Source: Paramoeba atlantica
Taxonomy: Eukaryota; Protista; Discosea
Assembly: GCA_977017575.1 (NCBI GenBank)
Contig: CDRNVI010000023.1
Location: 124,001 to 188,000 of the forward strand
Length of the DNA stretch: 64,000 nucleotides
Direction: 5' to 3'
Shown here: positions 21,306 through 32,853 of the stretch, in pieces
How the letters are laid out: the number at the start of each line of letters is the position of its first letter
Position numbering within the stretch: position 1 is the stretch's first letter
Made by a program: the position numbers and the translations under genes
The notes under the pieces: model-generated
The model's database searches: none
The model's input: only the letters and a program-made list of their open reading frames with translations
What the model was told of the DNA's origin: nothing

Positions 21306-23162
21306 ATGCCTCCCTTTCCCCCCCTCCCTCTCCCCCCACCCCTCGCACGTTCCCTCCGTCCCCCCCTCCCTCCCCCCACCCTCTCCCCTCTCCTCACCCT
21401 ACACCCCTCCTCCCCCTCCCGTCGCCTCCACACCTCCCCCTCTTCGCGTACCCCCAACCCCATGGCTTCTCCCTCTTCGTCTTCTCCCACTTCGTCTTCT
21501 CCCCGGCCCCCCCGCCTCAGCCAGCCCACCCCCGCCTCCCACCCCCACCTGGTGGCCCCCGGTGCCCTCACCCCCGGCATCCCCGCCCCCGAGTACGCCT
21601 CCCGTCGCCGCGCCCTCCACCGCGCCCTCCCCCCCAACGCCCTCCTCGTACTCGCCGGGTCCCCCCGCCCCACCCGCACCCACGACATCCTGTGGCCCGC
21701 GCGGCAGGAATCCAACCTGTGGTTCCTGACCGCCGTGGCCCACACGGAGCCCCGGGTCGTCGCGGTGTTCGTGAACAGGACCCCCACGAGTACACGTCGT
21801 CCGAGTTGTAGCCGTAGTCCTAGCCACCGTCCCGGGGGTACGACGCGTAGTGTGACGGGGGAGTCGCCTACGAGGGGTACCGCCGGGACGGTGGCTAGGA
21901 CTACAGATACGGCTACGACGACGGCTACGACGAGTACGGAGTGGTTGTTGTTCGTGGAGGAGAGTACGGCAGAGGGGGAGTTGTGGCATGGGCCTCGGAC
22001 GGGGGTACGGGAGGCGGTGGGGGTGTTGGGGTGTGACCGGGCGTATCCGTTGGGGAGACTGGGGGAGGTGCTGGCGGGGTTGTATGGGGAGTTGAAGATG
22101 GGGATGGGGGAGGGGGGAGGAGGAGGAGGAGAGGTGTCGCAGGAAGGGGGGCTGTATCTTCCGAATGATGTGCCGTGTTACTACCACCGTGGTGGGGGGG
22201 GTAAAGGGGATAGTGTGGATGTGGAGGTGAGGAAGTGGAGAGACTCGCCGCTTGGTCCAGGTACGTTGATGTGTCCAGCCCACCTGTTTTGGGAGTTACG
22301 AATGGTGAAGTCTCAAGCGGCACAGCGTATGATGACGCACGCGGCGGAGATTACCAAGGATGGGTTTCGTGCCGCGATGGGGTGCACCGCCCCTGGGCTC
22401 TCCGAGCACCACGTGGCCTCGGTGCTGGAGTTTGCCTGTCAGCTCCGTGGGGCAGAAGGGTTAGCGTATGTCCCGGTAGTCGCCAGTGGACGCAATGCCT
22501 TATCACTACACTATATTGACAACAACGCCATGATGCAGGAGGGGGATCTGGTGATGGTGGATGCGGGAGCGAGCTACCATTACTATCCCACAGATTGCAC
22601 CCGGGTGTGGCCCGTGGGGGAGCGGTTTTCCCCAGCCCAACGGAAGCTGTACAACGCGCTGCTGGAAGTGCAGAAGGGTTTGATCCGCGAGGTGGTTCCT
22701 GGGCGAAAAATCTCCACCATGCATGGGGAAAGTGAGCGACGTGTGTTGGAGGCGCTGCAGTCTGTCGGGGTGATTGATCCTCAGTGGAGTCCGGCGCAAA
22801 AGACTGCGTTGCTACGGAGGATTTACCCCCACAACTGGGGTCACCCCATGGGGATCGATATTCATGAGAACTACTCTATACAAACGGATTGCTTTGTTCC
22901 GGGGATGATGCACACTGTGGAGCCCGGGGTTTACATCCCAGACGACTCGGTTTTTCCTCCAGAATTTCGCGGCATTGGGTTTCGAATCGAAGATAATCTG
23001 ATTGTTGGGGGATCTGAAACCTCCTCCACTAATACACCGTCGCCACCTATTGTCATTACTGCTGGCATTCCTAAAGAGGTGGATGAGATTGAGGATTGCA
23101 AAAGACGTTTCGCGGAAACGGATCCGTTATATCAAGTAGTCAAGAGACGTCATAGCGTGTGA
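21306..23162 (+). CDS. XPNPEP3: Xaa-Pro aminopeptidase, M24B family (ICP55/XPNPEP3-like)
   Basis: PGALTPGIPAPEYASRRRAL, RQESNLWFLT, LHYIDN, VDAG..TDCTRVWP, PHNWGHPMGIDIHE, TVEPGVYIP, GIGFRIEDN; true start may be ATG 21461. Confidence 0.9.
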   Translation: MPPFPPLPLPPPLARSLRPPLPPPTLSPLLTLHPSSPSRRLHTSPSSRTPNPMASPSSSSPTSSSPRPPRLSQPTPASHPHLVAPGALTPGIPAPEYASRRRALHRALPPNALLVLAGSPRPTRTHDILWPARQESNLWFLTAVAHTEPRVVAVFVNRTPTSTRRPSCSRSPSHRPGGTTRSVTGESPTRGTAGTVARTTDTATTTATTSTEWLLFVEESTAEGELWHGPRTGVREAVGVLGCDRAYPLGRLGEVLAGLYGELKMGMGEGGGGGGEVSQEGGLYLPNDVPCYYHRGGGGKGDSVDVEVRKWRDSPLGPGTLMCPAHLFWELRMVKSQAAQRMMTHAAEITKDGFRAAMGCTAPGLSEHHVASVLEFACQLRGAEGLAYVPVVASGRNALSLHYIDNNAMMQEGDLVMVDAGASYHYYPTDCTRVWPVGERFSPAQRKLYNALLEVQKGLIREVVPGRKISTMHGESERRVLEALQSVGVIDPQWSPAQKTALLRRIYPHNWGHPMGIDIHENYSIQTDCFVPGMMHTVEPGVYIPDDSVFPPEFRGIGFRIEDNLIVGGSETSSTNTPSPPIVITAGIPKEVDEIEDCKRRFAETDPLYQVVKRRHSV

Positions 23163-23392
23163 TAACCATCGTATTGATTCCCCACAGTGGTTTTGCAAAG
23201 CATGTAGTATGTTGTAGACAACGCATACCTCTATGCACGATTTTAGTTTGGAGGTATTGTGGAGCGCACATTGGCGCGGCTCTCTCCAACTCACCTCCTT
23301 TACAGATGTACTCCTGCAGATTCAAACCCCCCAATGTTCCGTTACATTCGCTTCTGCCCTCTACTTTTCTCCCTTTTTCTCCTCCCCCCGCA

Positions 23393-24682
23393 ATGTTCCA
23401 CCCCAACCCCACCCTGTACTCCCGCGTGGCCGTCCTCGGACACCGTGGTCCTCTCCTCGACACCCTCTGCCTTCACTTCAAATCCCACGCCCTCCTCACC
23501 AACCTCCACCTCCCCCCCGCCTGCGAGTCCCTCTGTGTGGACCTCGGCCACCTCCCCACCCACTGTGAGGTGCGTCCCTTCCCCCCCTCCCCCCGTCCCC
23601 TGGACTCCATCCGCGCGGTGGTCTGCTGTGTCGACCCCAGCCCAGACCAGCAGCAGGAGAAAGAGGCCAAATTTCGTACCCACCTTCACTGGTACCTCAA
23701 CGCGGCTATGGGGTTTACGAACACCCCCTCCGCGCTACCTCCACTGTTTATCCTCTCCCAGGATGTGAATTACCACACCGCGGTGGCTACAGCGCTGCTG
23801 AAGTCTCACCTCTCGGGTAAAGCCCTGTTTAACCCGCGAAAGCTCATCGGGGTCCCCACGCTTGCGGTCTACAAGGCACGCACGCTGCTCGCCGCGGCCT
23901 GTCGCCGTGACCCGTTTGATATTGACCTCAGCGTGGTGGTGGGGGGGACAGTGCGCAGTGGGGTGCCGCTGTTGCAACCGTTCGGGAACCATTTCGGGAT
24001 GCCCGACTCGTGGCTGCACTGTGTGGCCCGGGATGTGGGGAGTGTGGTGGGAAAAGGCAAAAGGGGGGAGGAAAATGCAAAGGGAAGGTCCGGGGAGGGG
24101 GGAAGACATGACGTGGCAAGCGCGGAAAAGGGGGAAGGGAGAGGGGCAAATCCAGAGAATGGGGAAGATGGACAGGATAGCGAGCAGGAAGGGGATTTGG
24201 AACTTCCCTATGCTTTGGCGTTCTCCGGTTTTGAGTTGGTTGTGTCCTATTTGAAAGCTTTACGAGGAGATCAAGCCATATCGGAGTGTCTGCTACTGGA
24301 GCAAAGTGAGCCTGTGGCGATCGAGATGGAGAATACGAACAAGAGTAATAAGGCTTGGAGTGTAGACGATGCACCTTACAGTGAGGAAGCTTTGCACAAA
24401 GCAAGGAGTGTATTGGCATCGCTGCCGCTACTATGTCGGCGTGTGGCGCTAACCACAACAGGGATAGGGTGTGATGTTCCAATCACTTCACCGTCCGCGT
24501 TCGAGATGGATCAAATGGTGAGCAAGGCAGCGATTCTTCGACAGGATCTTCGCCGCGCCGGATGGGACGTGGCGGAACCGGAGGAAACGACAAGCACAAT
24601 ATGCGAAGCAGGTGAGATAGGCAAATCAAAGGAAACTAGCACGACGAAACAGGTTGAGTCTTTAGAACGAGGTGACAAATAG
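23393..24682 (+). CDS. Malate dehydrogenase-like protein with degenerate active site
   Basis: Colinear with mitochondrial MDH: RVAVLGHRG, VDLGHL, QDVNY, FNPRKLIGVPTLAVYKARTLL, DIDLSVVVGGT; start taken as ATG 23393. Confidence 0.7.
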   Translation: MFHPNPTLYSRVAVLGHRGPLLDTLCLHFKSHALLTNLHLPPACESLCVDLGHLPTHCEVRPFPPSPRPLDSIRAVVCCVDPSPDQQQEKEAKFRTHLHWYLNAAMGFTNTPSALPPLFILSQDVNYHTAVATALLKSHLSGKALFNPRKLIGVPTLAVYKARTLLAAACRRDPFDIDLSVVVGGTVRSGVPLLQPFGNHFGMPDSWLHCVARDVGSVVGKGKRGEENAKGRSGEGGRHDVASAEKGEGRGANPENGEDGQDSEQEGDLELPYALAFSGFELVVSYLKALRGDQAISECLLLEQSEPVAIEMENTNKSNKAWSVDDAPYSEEALHKARSVLASLPLLCRRVALTTTGIGCDVPITSPSAFEMDQMVSKAAILRQDLRRAGWDVAEPEETTSTICEAGEIGKSKETSTTKQVESLERGDK

Positions 24683-25788
24683 TTGAGTTCTCTGGGACGG
24701 TGATACGCGTCGTAGGCAAGGAGTACATACAATTTTTTTCAAAACGCAATTCTGGTGTAAATGGCAAAAAAATCTTTACTGTGACCCGTAAGGAATGTAA
24801 ACACCCCCTACATACATGCGAAGTGTACATGCGAATGTGCCGCGGGGTACCCCCCACTTACACTGTATAGTGCCGTTTTTCCGGATTTTTGAGTTCAGCT
24901 TTATTGGGGTGTAGGCTGAAACTTGGGAAAATATGCATGTGTCGCGTGATTTTCGAGTAGCATCTTCATTGGCCTAGATTTTTCTATGAATCGTCACAAA
25001 AACTACGTTTTACCACTTACTTTTCTTAGTAGGTAGGCGTCTAGTCCTACCCTAGTCTTAGCAGGTAGAACTTCCTAGAAAAGTTTACAGTGTACATGAA
25101 CTTCAGAGGGGTGAATCTTCGCACCCTTTGTACTTCCGTTTTCAGTCCAGACGATGAGTCAGCACCCCAGTCCAGACAATGAATCAGTAATAGTCTATTA
25201 CTGGGGGGTGTACGGTACCATCGCATCAGCGTGTGCGCGTGATGGTCCTCGTCCAAAGCATGCCTCGACCCAAAACATACCCCTATTATAGAGGTATGCT
25301 TTGGGTCAATATGACCTAACCTCTATTACAACTAATATTAGTATTTTGACTACTGAAGAATTGGGATATTTTTATCTTGCGTTTTTCCGAAAAACGTTTT
25401 CGCCCAAATTGTTTTGCATTGTAGCGCACTGCATGTGTAATTTCTAATCAGTCATCGGGATCTCTTCTTCGCCTTGAAGTCAGTAAAGAATGAAACTTGA
25501 AGACATTGAGGAAACAGAAGAGTCTGGTTTTGATACCCCGTCGAATACATTCCAAAAGGACCTAACTTTAAGCGTGCTGCAACGCTTTTTGAGGTAAATT
25601 AAGCGGAAGGAGCAAGCGAGGTAAAGGGTTTAAAGTAACCCTCCGCAATAAAACATTTCAGTGTATTTGCATTATTATTTTGAAAGTGAGTAGTACGTGG
25701 TCTGTACCCGAAGAAATTAATAGGCCTATACAGTATGTGAGAGGTCTCACATTTACTTCACAATTTATCACAATTCATCTTCTGATAA

Positions 25789-26595
25789 ATGTCGATTATA
25801 ATGGTTCGGCCTGCTGATGATTCAACTCAATCACAGGTAAGTATTTCGAACCATGCGCGTCCTTCTAAAGTCAGGGGTGCTATGCTACCACAAGAGTACG
25901 AGCTAGTCCGACTATTCGCAGATGTGAAGAAGCCACATTACTCCTGGAATGCCAATATACCTGCGTGTGAGTGGTACGGAATTAAATGGGAGAATCGATA
26001 CACCACACAAGCTTACAAAATCAATTTGAAATGGTTTCGTGTTGGGGGTGAACTCCATTTGACCTATCTACCCTACACTGTCACATATTTCTATGGGGCC
26101 ACTAATGATTTCACTGGTACAGTATGTCTAGATTCACTCCCATCTTCGCTTGAATACCTGAATCTTGCCACAAATCACTTCACAGGGCCAGTAAATTTGA
26201 CATCCTTACCACAAAGTCTTCTTTATCTTTTCCTTGAAGAGAACAATTTTTCAGGGGATATTTGCCTTAATCAATTGCCAAGGCGAATCAGTCACATCTG
26301 TCTCAACAATAATACTCTGACGGGCAAGCTGGAATTGCAGCATTTACCACCTACGCTGCACTATCTTGGTCTTTCGGCGAATTTATTTCGCGGATATTTA
26401 AATTTCGACTCTCTTCATGGAATTCTGAGTCTCTATCTGGACAACAACGAAGCACTTCACGGAGAACTACGCAAAGAAGACCTCCCGTGGGGTGCGTATC
26501 TTTCGGTGAGGGGTACTGGTATCACACTGCACCGGCGGAAAAAGCACGTTTCTCCATCGAAAAGAAAAGTGCATTTTCCCTGCATGAAACTTTGA
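25789..26595 (+). CDS. LRR protein, GKV-motif family
   Basis: RPSKVRGAMLPQEYEL, SWNANIPACEWYGI, about 6 LRRs; intact paralog of the split gene at 37816-39753. Confidence 0.9.
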   Translation: MSIIMVRPADDSTQSQVSISNHARPSKVRGAMLPQEYELVRLFADVKKPHYSWNANIPACEWYGIKWENRYTTQAYKINLKWFRVGGELHLTYLPYTVTYFYGATNDFTGTVCLDSLPSSLEYLNLATNHFTGPVNLTSLPQSLLYLFLEENNFSGDICLNQLPRRISHICLNNNTLTGKLELQHLPPTLHYLGLSANLFRGYLNFDSLHGILSLYLDNNEALHGELRKEDLPWGAYLSVRGTGITLHRRKKHVSPSKRKVHFPCMKL

Positions 26596-26860
26596 CTGAT
26601 TTATATGATTTGTTGCATTGAGTTACCGGTGTGATGCACGGGGATGACCTACCCCTCCCCCATATTGTCTCTTGAATACCCGTCCCGCAATTAACCCGTC
26701 CGGTAATAACATCAGGCACTGTACTCCTAAAACTAGGCTCACCGTGTAATCCTACGCCATTTCGTGCCTAGAAAGTAAAAAGTGTAAAAAGACATGTAAA
26801 TTTATACATACCGGAATAGTTGCCGATAGTTTAACTAGTATTTATCTATTCAACTAGTAT

Positions 26861-27565
26861 TTATTGCGGTGGTTGTATAACTACCGCTCTACCCTCGATT
26901 ATTGAAAAAAAAGTGAACAAAAACAGTGAAAATATAAAGAGGAACACAGTAATAAAATACAAAATATAATAGAAAAAAATATAGAAGGGGGCCCCGGTGG
27001 TCCAAAACTGAAAAAAAATATTCAAAAAAATGGGGGGTCCATGGGGGGGGGCATACGTCGCGAAATTTTTTTCGAATTTTTTGCTTTTCGAAATCGAGCG
27101 TAGGGAAGTGGTAGAGTATACCGCGGCGATAATTTTCCACCCCCCCTGGGGGTACCCCCTGGTACGCGCGGGAGGGGTCCGACAAGGTCGACAAGGACAA
27201 AAAAAATCCGAAATTTTTGGGGTGACCAAAAAAAAAAATTTTAGTCCCAAAAAAAAGTAAAAATCTTACTTTTCCAAAATCGACTCCTAAAACGTGTTTT
27301 AGGAGTTTGGGACGTTTTTTGCGTCAGATTCGCCTCCTACCCCTACTGGTAAGGCATCCAAAACGGCCCAAATTCGGGTTAAAATTTCATATTTTTTGCC
27401 GAAAAATCGAGGTTTTTACCCCAAAAAAATAGATTATGCATGATCTTTTCGCGATTTTTCTTTTTTAGGTTCTTTGTTAAACGCGGCGGTAGTTTTCAAC
27501 GCGAAGCGCGCAGCATGAGTGACTTCTAAGTTGAAAACAACCACCGCGTTTAACGAAGAGCCTAA
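26861..27565 (+). mobile_element. Family A copy, core type 2, both ends present
   Basis: 5' ttattgcggtggttgtataactaccgc; different interior; terminal hairpin ending gagcctaa; inserted in a 19-bp host tandem repeat (atctattYaactagtRttt) with no added duplication. Confidence 0.85.
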
Positions 27566-27599
27566 ATCTATTTAACTAGTGTTTACCTTACTAAGTAAG

Positions 27600-27790
27600 G
27601 TACAGGGGCGGTTGTTGATCTTCCCCCCTCCTGGGAAATTTTAATTTTTTTATCCGTTTTCGCTTATCTTTGCAGCATTGAAGAGATCTCGTTCCCCTAG
27701 CGAAGCGCTTTGTCGCCTTTTTTTCATAGAGACCCCCTGATGCCCCCTGGGTCGAAAAAACACAGTTTTTTTGGGGAATTTTTTGTGCAC
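27600..27790 (-). repeat. Family C internal fragment
   Basis: gagatctcgttcccctagcgaag is the reverse complement of the motif at ~4288. Confidence 0.5.
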
Positions 27791-29210
27791 ACAACCATTT
27801 TTCTCCATACTTTCATGTTTTTGTGGTTTATTTGAATGTGTGCAAGTTTAAATAGTCTTCTAATTTCTTTATGCTCAAGCAATATTTCTGTAGAAACATC
27901 AGTAGCTGCTTAATAGAATTTTTCAAACCTCAACAACACGAATAGAAGACCGACTAACCCTACAAGTTAAGTTACTAATGTAACTGATTCATACGATACT
28001 GTATTACTATTTCGAGTTTGCATACTATTTCGTTAGTTTGTATGCTATTTCGAGTCATGGTAAGGAGTTTTTACTAGTCCTCATCTATTTCCGGTGTGTC
28101 TCGGTCAGAAGGAGTGGTCCGCATGGATTGATGCCCCCGCCGCCTTGACTGACATTCTCGAAGGACCGGCGAGAAGTTCCGTGTTGAGGGAGTGGTGCAA
28201 GGGTACCGTGAGATTTCTTCAGGATGGGCGCGGGATGTCCCGCCTGCTGGTCAGGCCTGCCAGCGGACTTTTCGTCCATAGGGAAAGCCTCAGAATCGAA
28301 AATTCTACGTTAGGTGGAGGCCCACGAACTCTTTCCGCAAGCTGTGCGGTATGGGAAGGAAAAGTATCACCCGAAGAACGAGGACGTTTTGTGTGCACGT
28401 GAGGAGTATAATTGGTTTTGCCCTGCCTGGGGATACGTCGAATGCCGTACACGACACACAGATCATCTTTCTTTCGCGGGCACCAACGTAGAGGCATCAA
28501 AGAAACTATGCAAATGATTTTTTAAGGCTTCATGATTGGGGGATCTGTTAAGACAATTGTTCGTGGAACGTTAATATCCCGTAAGTGCATTCTGCACATC
28601 GATGTAGAGCTTCTGTAATCTTAGCTATAATATCTTCAACTTCTGAATTTCCACATAACTGGTCTCCTCCAATAGTAATTTTGGGCTCAGAACTTTTGGA
28701 GTGTACACATGATGCCCTGAGCACAAGGAATAGCGGGTCAAAAGGGCATATTTTTGTACCAAATAGTTTGTTCAATGAAATTTCTCCCCGACGAGTAGAA
28801 AAAAGTTCTTAAACTAACAAAACGTTTTTACCCTTCCTCATTAATATTGTACAGAAATATTACAAATGCTTGCATTGCGGGATTGTAATCACCTTTCACC
28901 TTCGCATGACGCTGAAGAGTTTTTAAAAATTCTAGGAAGGAATGTTCATTCCGTAAGTCAATGGGAAGATTTTACTCACTCAAATATATCACACCCCTCG
29001 CGGTAGAAGCTCATATTGTTGCACGAAATGTAATTTTAAAGGTGGTGCTAGCTTTCTTTTTATAACGGTCCCTTTGTAATGGAGGACTAATAAATTATTT
29101 AAATTTATTCAAATATTACAAGAATCGTTTTCAGTCAGTCGGAAGAGTTGGTACAAAAATATGCCCTTTTCACCGAATAGCGGTTCGTCATTGGGGCAAA
29201 TATAGTCTAA

Positions 29211-29810
29211 TAGGCTCTTCGTTAAGCACGGTGGTTGTTTTCAACTTAGAAGTCACTCATGCTGCGCGCTTCGCGTTGAGAACTACCACCGCGTTTAACG
29301 AAGAGCCTAAAAAGGAAAATTTGGCCTGGAAAACTGAAGAAAACGGAAAGATTATAGCCAAAAATAGCCGATTTTCGGGTAAAAATGGGGTCAATTTTAA
29401 CTATTTTTGATCTCAGAGCACTAAATCCGACGATTTGCGTGTGGGAAATCACTCGTAGGCATGAATGAAAGCCTACCGAACGTATTGGGTAGAGAATACG
29501 ACTCCAACCATACCATTCTTTCAACACAAAAAGGCCCCTTGGGGTCCGAAAAATACTTTTTCACCTTTTTTAGTCAAAAATGGGCCATTTTCGCGGGCAT
29601 ACCACGGCTCGAAGAAGAGATAGCCTGCGAAACCAACTACGCAGAAAGCTAGTATAAGTCCCAAACTATAAAAATACAATAGGGGAAATTTTGGAAAAAT
29701 ATTTTTTTTCGCCAAGTTGAATTTTTTTTTATAATTTTTTTTCCGAAAAAATCCGAACTTGGCGGAACCGTCCTGCACCGCGGAACTGTCCTTTACAACC
29801 ACCGCAATAA
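29211..29810 (-). mobile_element. Family A copy, core type 1, internally deleted, hairpin end plus outer part of the 5' end
   Basis: Hairpin from 29211 (taggctcttc); core to ~29775; tttacaaccaccgcaataa at 29792-29810. Confidence 0.85.
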
Positions 29811-30063
29811 ATATTGAGCTGAAGCCACTAGATCACTTGCTGTATATTCAATAGCCACATCCTTAAGTTTCTATGCAGAAGTTCCTTTAGATATGCCAAT
29901 TTGTTCCCTTATATTCCCATCATTATTATACATAAGATGATTGACCCTGATTCTATAGGTCTAAACTCACTAGGGTCTAACAATGTAGATCGTACAGACC
30001 CTTTCTAGGGTCTCTCGACTAGCACACTCTCTCGACTAGCACATTGACATGCAAACATCGACA

Positions 30064-31168
30064 TACAGTCAGCAAAAAAACCGTTCGAATGTTTCGGTTT
30101 TTTTTCTTTTGTATAGAGCTATTGATAAAATATCACCGTTGCGCTGGTAATGTGTGCTAGTAGTGTAGGCATGAGTGTCACCTAATAGTACCCGTAGATA
30201 GTTCACCTCAGTTCGTTCTACCAAAGAAATAAAAATGAATATAAAAAAGTCTAGCATTCGAAAGTTTCTTTTGCTACCTATTATAGAGAAAATCTTGTCC
30301 CAAGAAATAGATGAAACGTAATCGCCCAAGAGAGATTATGCCCGTAAAATTAATATTTAGTATTCCCCCCACGAGCCTTCAGCACTGCCTTCATACGGGC
30401 AGGTATACTGTCCACCTGGGCACGACATACTGAGGGTGGTATGTTCGCCCATTCCATTTTTACCCTCTCCCACAGCTCTCGGACCCCGCTTGGTGGATCA
30501 TCGTGCGCTGCAAGGCGCCGCTTGAGTTCCCCCCAAACGTTTTCGATTGGATTTAAGTCAGGGGACTGCGGGGGCCACCGCATGACTTCAAACCCGGTAC
30601 CCCGGAGGTGCCGTTGCGCACAATGGCTTGTGTGCTTGGGGTCATTATCTTGTTGGAAGATGACTATTGGGGGGTCTAGACCCATAGTTTCGATGGAGGG
30701 GGCAAGATTCTCTTCAAGAATCTCGACGTACTGTGTGGCGTTCAGGTTCCCTTGAACTAGACGCACATGCCCCACACCGCTTCGGGACATGCACGCCCAA
30801 ATCATGATGTGCCCCCCTCCGTACTTTACCGTGGGAATTACCCCTCTTTCACCCAGTTCCTCCCCCGGGGTCCCCCATGTCCAAAGACTTCCCCCCGTTT
30901 CAAAGCGCGAGATCTTCGTCTCGTCCGACCATACAACTGGAGCCCAGTCGTGCACTGTCCAGTGCTCATGGGCCGTGGCAAAGTCCATCCGAAGCTTGCG
31001 ATGGCGCTTGGACAGGTAGGGCTTGCGGACACCCTTTCTACCTTTGTGTCCGAAGCGGTGCATCGAAACTCGGATAGACTGAGGAACAACATCAGCAACG
31101 CCCTCGCGGCGCAGCTGAGATGATACCTCTGCAGCTGAGATGATACGCGGCTGGCAAATGATTTGCAC
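30064..31168 (-). mobile_element. Tc1-family transposon, 5'-truncated
   Basis: TA-cagtcagcaaaaaaa terminus at 30064; transposase ORF upstream on the - strand; no second TIR found. Confidence 0.8.
30350..31168 (-). pseudogene. Tc1 DD34E transposase lacking the N-terminal HTH
   Basis: RKPYLSKRHRKLRMDFA, WSDETK, TVKYGGGHIMIW, FQQDNDPKHT, WPPQSPDLNPIENVW. Confidence 0.9.
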
Positions 31169-31757
31169 TCGCCGTCGGGATCAACTGAATTAAAGCCGTG
31201 TTGTGACCTAACAACTGCTCGTAATTCAGTTCCGGCTTCGCCGATGAAACCGTCGCGCACATGTTCTGCTCCAAGCCACCCACCACGATACGTGATGAGG
31301 TCAAGGATTAACTTTGCAACCCCTTCCTCGCGAAGCGTCACCCCGCATACAACGTAGTCGTCGTAGAATGCTACGGCACTCAAACAACGATTTACCACAC
31401 GGTCGATAGCACTGGGATCGCCTTGTGCAAGCACGAGTCGGCCACGAATAATTCGATACTGCTTTAGAGGTTTGTCTATTGCAGCTTTCCACTTCGCTAC
31501 GTACCCCTCCAGGACGCTCAATTTTTCAGAACCTTGATCCTGAAAGCCTGAAGTTTGAACGGCGACGTCAGGCATAGGAAGGGTGTAAGCGGGGTGAAAA
31601 AAATAGTAAACCCGAAGACTTAATGTAAGAATGATAAAAAATGATTCAGTATGAGTCACTAGAATAAATGGAAACAATATTTCAGGTAGCCATATTATTG
31701 TATTAACTTCCATTACTTTCTTAACTTTCCTTCTTAACTACTTTACAGTACTTTCTC

Positions 31758-32825
31758 CTACTTAACTTCTTCTAGTGTACCTTCTGCTTCTTTCTTTATA
31801 ACGTTTCTTGGTCCTTTCTTTGATCTCTTCGTTTTAAGAAAAGGGAACTCTGCCAGGGCTTCCATGTATTGCATTCGAATATTTTCACGATTTTCTTTGT
31901 CAGTTCGGGAAGGGACCTCAAAACGGCAATTACATGTGCGACCCATGGGCCGAACAAAGGCTCGATTTCTGTCATCGTTGGACCAGAATTGTACGGTCCC
32001 AGGGTCCACCAATATTTTTTCCTCAATGGCGAAGAGAAGACACTCAGCATTCCACATAAGTCTAAATAGTTTCGCGACTACGGCATGAGTTCGCGCACAA
32101 AAGTGCATAAACTGATACCTATCAATGTACGCGTTGAAGCGCTCCACAGTTCCGCGCAGGCATGCGAAATATTGATTTAACTTTGCTTCCTGGGTGGGGA
32201 GCGCTGGTTGTTTGTGCGCACGTTTGTACGGGAATATCGTGTGTGAATTAGCGATATACGCTAAATCTGCGGCAATCAAATCGTGATCGCTGTGTGGCAT
32301 TGGTTCTTTAGTGACCCACGCATGGCTTGGGAGTAATGATGGAACAAAACTCTTAGAATCATGCTGTGCGCCAATAGACGGACCTTGGTACCATATAGGT
32401 TGTCCTGCTACATTGAGATACAACTGCATTTGAAGGATTTTTGCATGATGTTTCCCACTGTAAGTGTCCTTATCTCCTCGTACATATATTGGCGTGCCGT
32501 CCACAATCGTAGTAACACGAGTAAACTGACGGTGCTGATACATGAGGCGACGTTCAGGCTGACTAAAATTTTCCTTGAAACACTGATCAAGGGCCTTATG
32601 CATGTGACGACGAGAAGAAGTGTCAGGTTGCACATTACCGAACCATAATCGCATTATATATCTTATCTGATCATCAGTGCAATTCATGTGCATTGCGATC
32701 AATGCTGCGATAACCCCGTATGTATCCACCAACCCAATCTTGTTCATGAGATAGATAATAAGGGTGGAGGTAAAGTCAGTGAATGCCAAGCATTTATCGT
32801 CAGTGCCAATTGGAAAAGTTTCCAT
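31758..32825 (-). CDS. PIF/Harbinger/ISL2EU (IS5-like) DDE transposase
   Basis: IVDGT..YSGKHH..QMQ, GAQHDS, AADLAY, FPYKR, LNQYFACLRGTVERF (DDE_Tnp_4 pattern); the upstream region is interrupted by a family A copy. Confidence 0.8.
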   Translation of the reverse strand: METFPIGTDDKCLAFTDFTSTLIIYLMNKIGLVDTYGVIAALIAMHMNCTDDQIRYIMRLWFGNVQPDTSSRRHMHKALDQCFKENFSQPERRLMYQHRQFTRVTTIVDGTPIYVRGDKDTYSGKHHAKILQMQLYLNVAGQPIWYQGPSIGAQHDSKSFVPSLLPSHAWVTKEPMPHSDHDLIAADLAYIANSHTIFPYKRAHKQPALPTQEAKLNQYFACLRGTVERFNAYIDRYQFMHFCARTHAVVAKLFRLMWNAECLLFAIEEKILVDPGTVQFWSNDDRNRAFVRPMGRTCNCRFEVPSRTDKENRENIRMQYMEALAEFPFLKTKRSKKGPRNVIKKEAEGTLEEVK

Positions 32826-32853
32826 GATGTAATAAATAGTAACTTGATATTTT

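Noticed and set aside
28085-28812. GC-richer segment with several short ORFs
   Set aside because: No continuous frame or recognisable motif
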